Positions 61,411 through 64,000 of a stretch of 64,000 bases of DNA are shown in pieces (within the stretch, counting starts at the first letter, position 1; the number at the start of each line of letters is the position of its first letter). Made by a program: the position numbers and the translations under genes. The DNA lies in contig NC_068981.1 of NCBI RefSeq assembly GCF_001194135.2, positions 53,547,355 through 53,611,354 on the forward strand. Reading direction: 5' to 3'. A model generated the notes under the pieces. It did not search any database. It saw nothing but the letters and a program-made list of their open reading frames with translations, and was not told where the DNA came from. Origin of the DNA: Octopus bimaculoides. Its lineage: Eukaryota.

Positions 61411-61494
61411 CAATTCAAATAAACAAATAATAAAATAAACAGACAACAAGAAGACGTGCACAAAGAATGTGAAAGTGGATTTTTAGGATAGGAG

Positions 61495-62130
61495 AGTGTG
61501 TGTGCAGTAGTATCTGTGTGTGTGTGTGTATTTGTCTGAGTGATGTACGTAATAGGGTATGGGTCAACGAACAGGTTAGTAGCTGGTGTTTTGTTCAGTC
61601 GAAAGAGGTGAAGGGCGTGTGAGTAAGTGGGTGTGGCTGTGCATTCGTTTGCACGAGTGCGCATGACGGAGTGGAAATGTATGTGTGCGTGTACATGCGA
61701 GCGCGTACGAGGGCAGTGTGTGCATATGAGTGTGTGTGAGGTCGTGTGGGTGTAGGTATATGTACGTGTGTGTGTACGTGACGGAGAGGCGAGGTGGCAC
61801 ATCTGTGAGTGCGTGGTGTAACCATGTGTGTGTGGTTTTGTATGTGTACGGGCTTACGTGTGTGTGTGTGTGTGTGTGTGTAAGTGTGTGCGGGACTATA
61901 TGTATGTGCGTATGAGTGCATGTGCGTATGTGTGTATGTGAATGTATGTGTGCGCGTGTGTGTGTGTGTATGCGTGTGTGTGTGCGTGTGTGAGTGTGCT
62001 TGTGTGTGTGTGGTGTGATGGGGTGTGAGAGGCGAGATGGCAAGCATGTGAGGGCGTTGGTGTTGCTGTTGGTATGTGTATTTTTGTCTGTGCGTATGAG
62101 TGTGTATATGTGTGAGTGTGTGTACGTATG
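61495..62130. repeat. Long imperfect (TG/GTAT/GC) low-complexity tract
   Basis: Direct reading. Confidence 0.85.
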
Positions 62131-62339
62131 AGTTATATATATATATATATATATATATTTATTTATTTATGTGTTTCAGCCAAGTGGCTGCGGTCATGCT
62201 GGTGCATATATAAAAGAATTTGAAAATTTACTGCGATTCGTTTAGACTTTTTATTGTTACATTTTTAAAAATCTAACAGGTTTTACAGGTTTCTCTGATT
62301 TTCAAAAGTTGAGTTACAAAGACGTGGAGCTATGCCGTA

Positions 62340-62700
62340 AGTGCTTTGCTTCTGATTGGAATTCAAAAATTCCTTTGTTTTTATAGAGACATGACTCCAA
62401 TTAGTACCTGTTTGCGATACGTTTTGATTGGCCGAGAATGATCACGTGGTTAGGTTAAGAAATGTTTGTAAGTTCCCTGTTAAGTCTATTCTTTAATGTC
62501 ATGTAACAATATGTTTGGCGCCTACGGTTAAGTGAACATGTCTAGTGACAATCCCAAACAATCAGGGCTGTCAATTTTATCTGTCAAATGTGATATTTGA
62601 CAATTTTATCTGTCAGTGTGATAGAGAAAGATCATGTGATTAGCTTCAGAAATTTTTGTAGATTCCCTGCTACGTCCGTGCGTTAATATCATGTGACTAC
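62340..62700. promoter_or_regulatory. Promoter-like cluster: two CCAAT boxes and three CACGTG/CATGTG E-boxes
   Basis: ATTGG at 62355 and 62427; ATCACGTG at 62441; ATCATGTGAT at 62631; ATCATGTGAC at 62688; CpGs retained. Confidence 0.3.
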
Positions 62701-63316
62701 ACTTTTACTCTAGCGACCATTGACCTACAAATAAACAAAGAAAATATATTCATATAAAAATAGCAACCAGCACTGAATAAACTTTAACAAACTACATTCA
62801 CGAACAGCTATTCACGCACAAATTCATTCTACTGCTTGACACGTTGAATTTATACAAGTAACAACCTAAACTTTGGACACAATCAAGACTTTTCCCAGTA
62901 TGGCACTAATACACAAATTTAGTGGAGAACAAAATTTGATGCCTGCATAGACATAAACCAAAATTATTCAACTACTGGGCTCCATAGAAACAACTCCTGT
63001 CCACTCCACCACTTGACAGATTAAATTTAGAGAGCCTGGTTTTGAGTTTTTTAACTCCAATTGGAACAGTTGCAGCGTAGTTCCACGTCTTTCTCACTCG
63101 GCTTTTGAAAATCAGAAAAATCTGTGAAACCAGTTAAATCTTTAAAAAATTTTTAATAGAAAATCTAAACGAATCACAGTGCCTTTTCAACTTCTTTTTT
63201 TCTCTCTATTTCTATCCGTGTGGAATAAAATAATTTTACGTTATATATAAAGAAACATAAATTTATTTTTGAAGCGCTGAAATGTATTGTAGTACAAGTA
63301 GAAAGATATATTTTTC

Positions 63317-63450
63317 AACGCGTAAGTACTGATAGAACAGCATATATAGGATAAAATCATTACAGAGCAGAAAAATCTGGTTGCTGACAGATTTTTCTGC
63401 TCTGTAAGGATTTTATCCTATATATGCTGCTTTAACAGCACTTACGCGTT
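63317..63450. repeat. Near-perfect hairpin: 63-bp arms, 8-nt loop
   Basis: 58/63 complementary. Confidence 0.9.
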
Positions 63451-63539
63451 TTANNNNNNNNNNNNNNNNNNNNNNNNNNNNNNNNNNNNNNNNNNNNNNN
63501 NNNNNNNNNNNNNGTATATATATATACATATATATGAAA

Positions 63540-63745
63540 TCATCATTTTGCATCCAGTTTCCATGCTGCATGAGAGGGATTTTAAAAATTCAGTGATACT
63601 GTTCATCCCGGACAGGTCAGAGGACACCATCTCACTAGTGTGCTTTATTTCTAATTTGGTTTCTATTTCTGGATGTCCTTCCTAAGACCAACCACTTTAC
63701 AGAGTGTACTGGATACGTTTTTCCATGTCAGCAGCACTGGAGAGA
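63540..63745 (-). mobile_element. RTE-tail family copy, degenerate
   Basis: CATCATTTTGCATCCAGTTTCCATGC..TGGATGTCCTTCCTAAGACCAACCACT..GAGTGTA resembles 50163-50330. Confidence 0.6.
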
Positions 63746-64000
63746 TAGTCATGTGCTCAACATGTCAAGGGATCTCTGCTTCTTACCAACCTCTTTGAAA
63801 GACATGAAGAATGAGTAATAGGGTACTCAGTATTCTATGATACGCACATGTACTCAACACAAAGTGGCTTAAAAAAAAGGGTAATGATAAAAGCTATGTG
63901 ACCTAGGAAAGAGTGCGGTATCAGAGACCCAGGAATGAAAGTATGAAGGCTTTTAGCGATCATGGTATATTACGTGCATGATTTTCTCATGTTTTGCTCG

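Overview
AT-rich, gapped eukaryotic scaffold. The repeat landscape (tRNA-derived SINEs, dense microsatellites, Dong/R4, RTE and Penelope-like retroelements) suggests an octopus/cephalopod genome; this is an inference and no database was consulted. The one host gene is a + strand SLC6 (Na+/Cl--dependent neurotransmitter/solute symporter) of the GABA/taurine/creatine type. Its last nine coding exons (16977-47323; 135, 104, 125, 113, 138, 100, 101, 177 and 156 nt; all GT-AG) splice in frame to 382 aa covering TM5 to the C-terminus. No 5' exons were found, so they lie upstream of the window or in N gaps. The rest is intron or intergenic DNA filled with SINEs, LINE fragments, MITEs and Helentron-type non-autonomous elements. 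Most interesting: (i) a Penelope-like element nest at ~52.2-61.4 kb with long inverted repeats and minimal type I hammerhead-ribozyme motifs (three there, two more decayed copies upstream), (ii) unusual substrate-site residues in the SLC6 (TM10 one residue short with an Arg, creatine-transporter-like Gly in TM8), (iii) inverted SINEs bracketing the last coding exon inside a CpG desert, (iv) a fold-back element with a head-to-head TTAGGG palindrome, and (v) a 63-bp-stem hairpin. No rRNA, real tRNA or CRISPR array is supported. All alignments and counts were done by eye.
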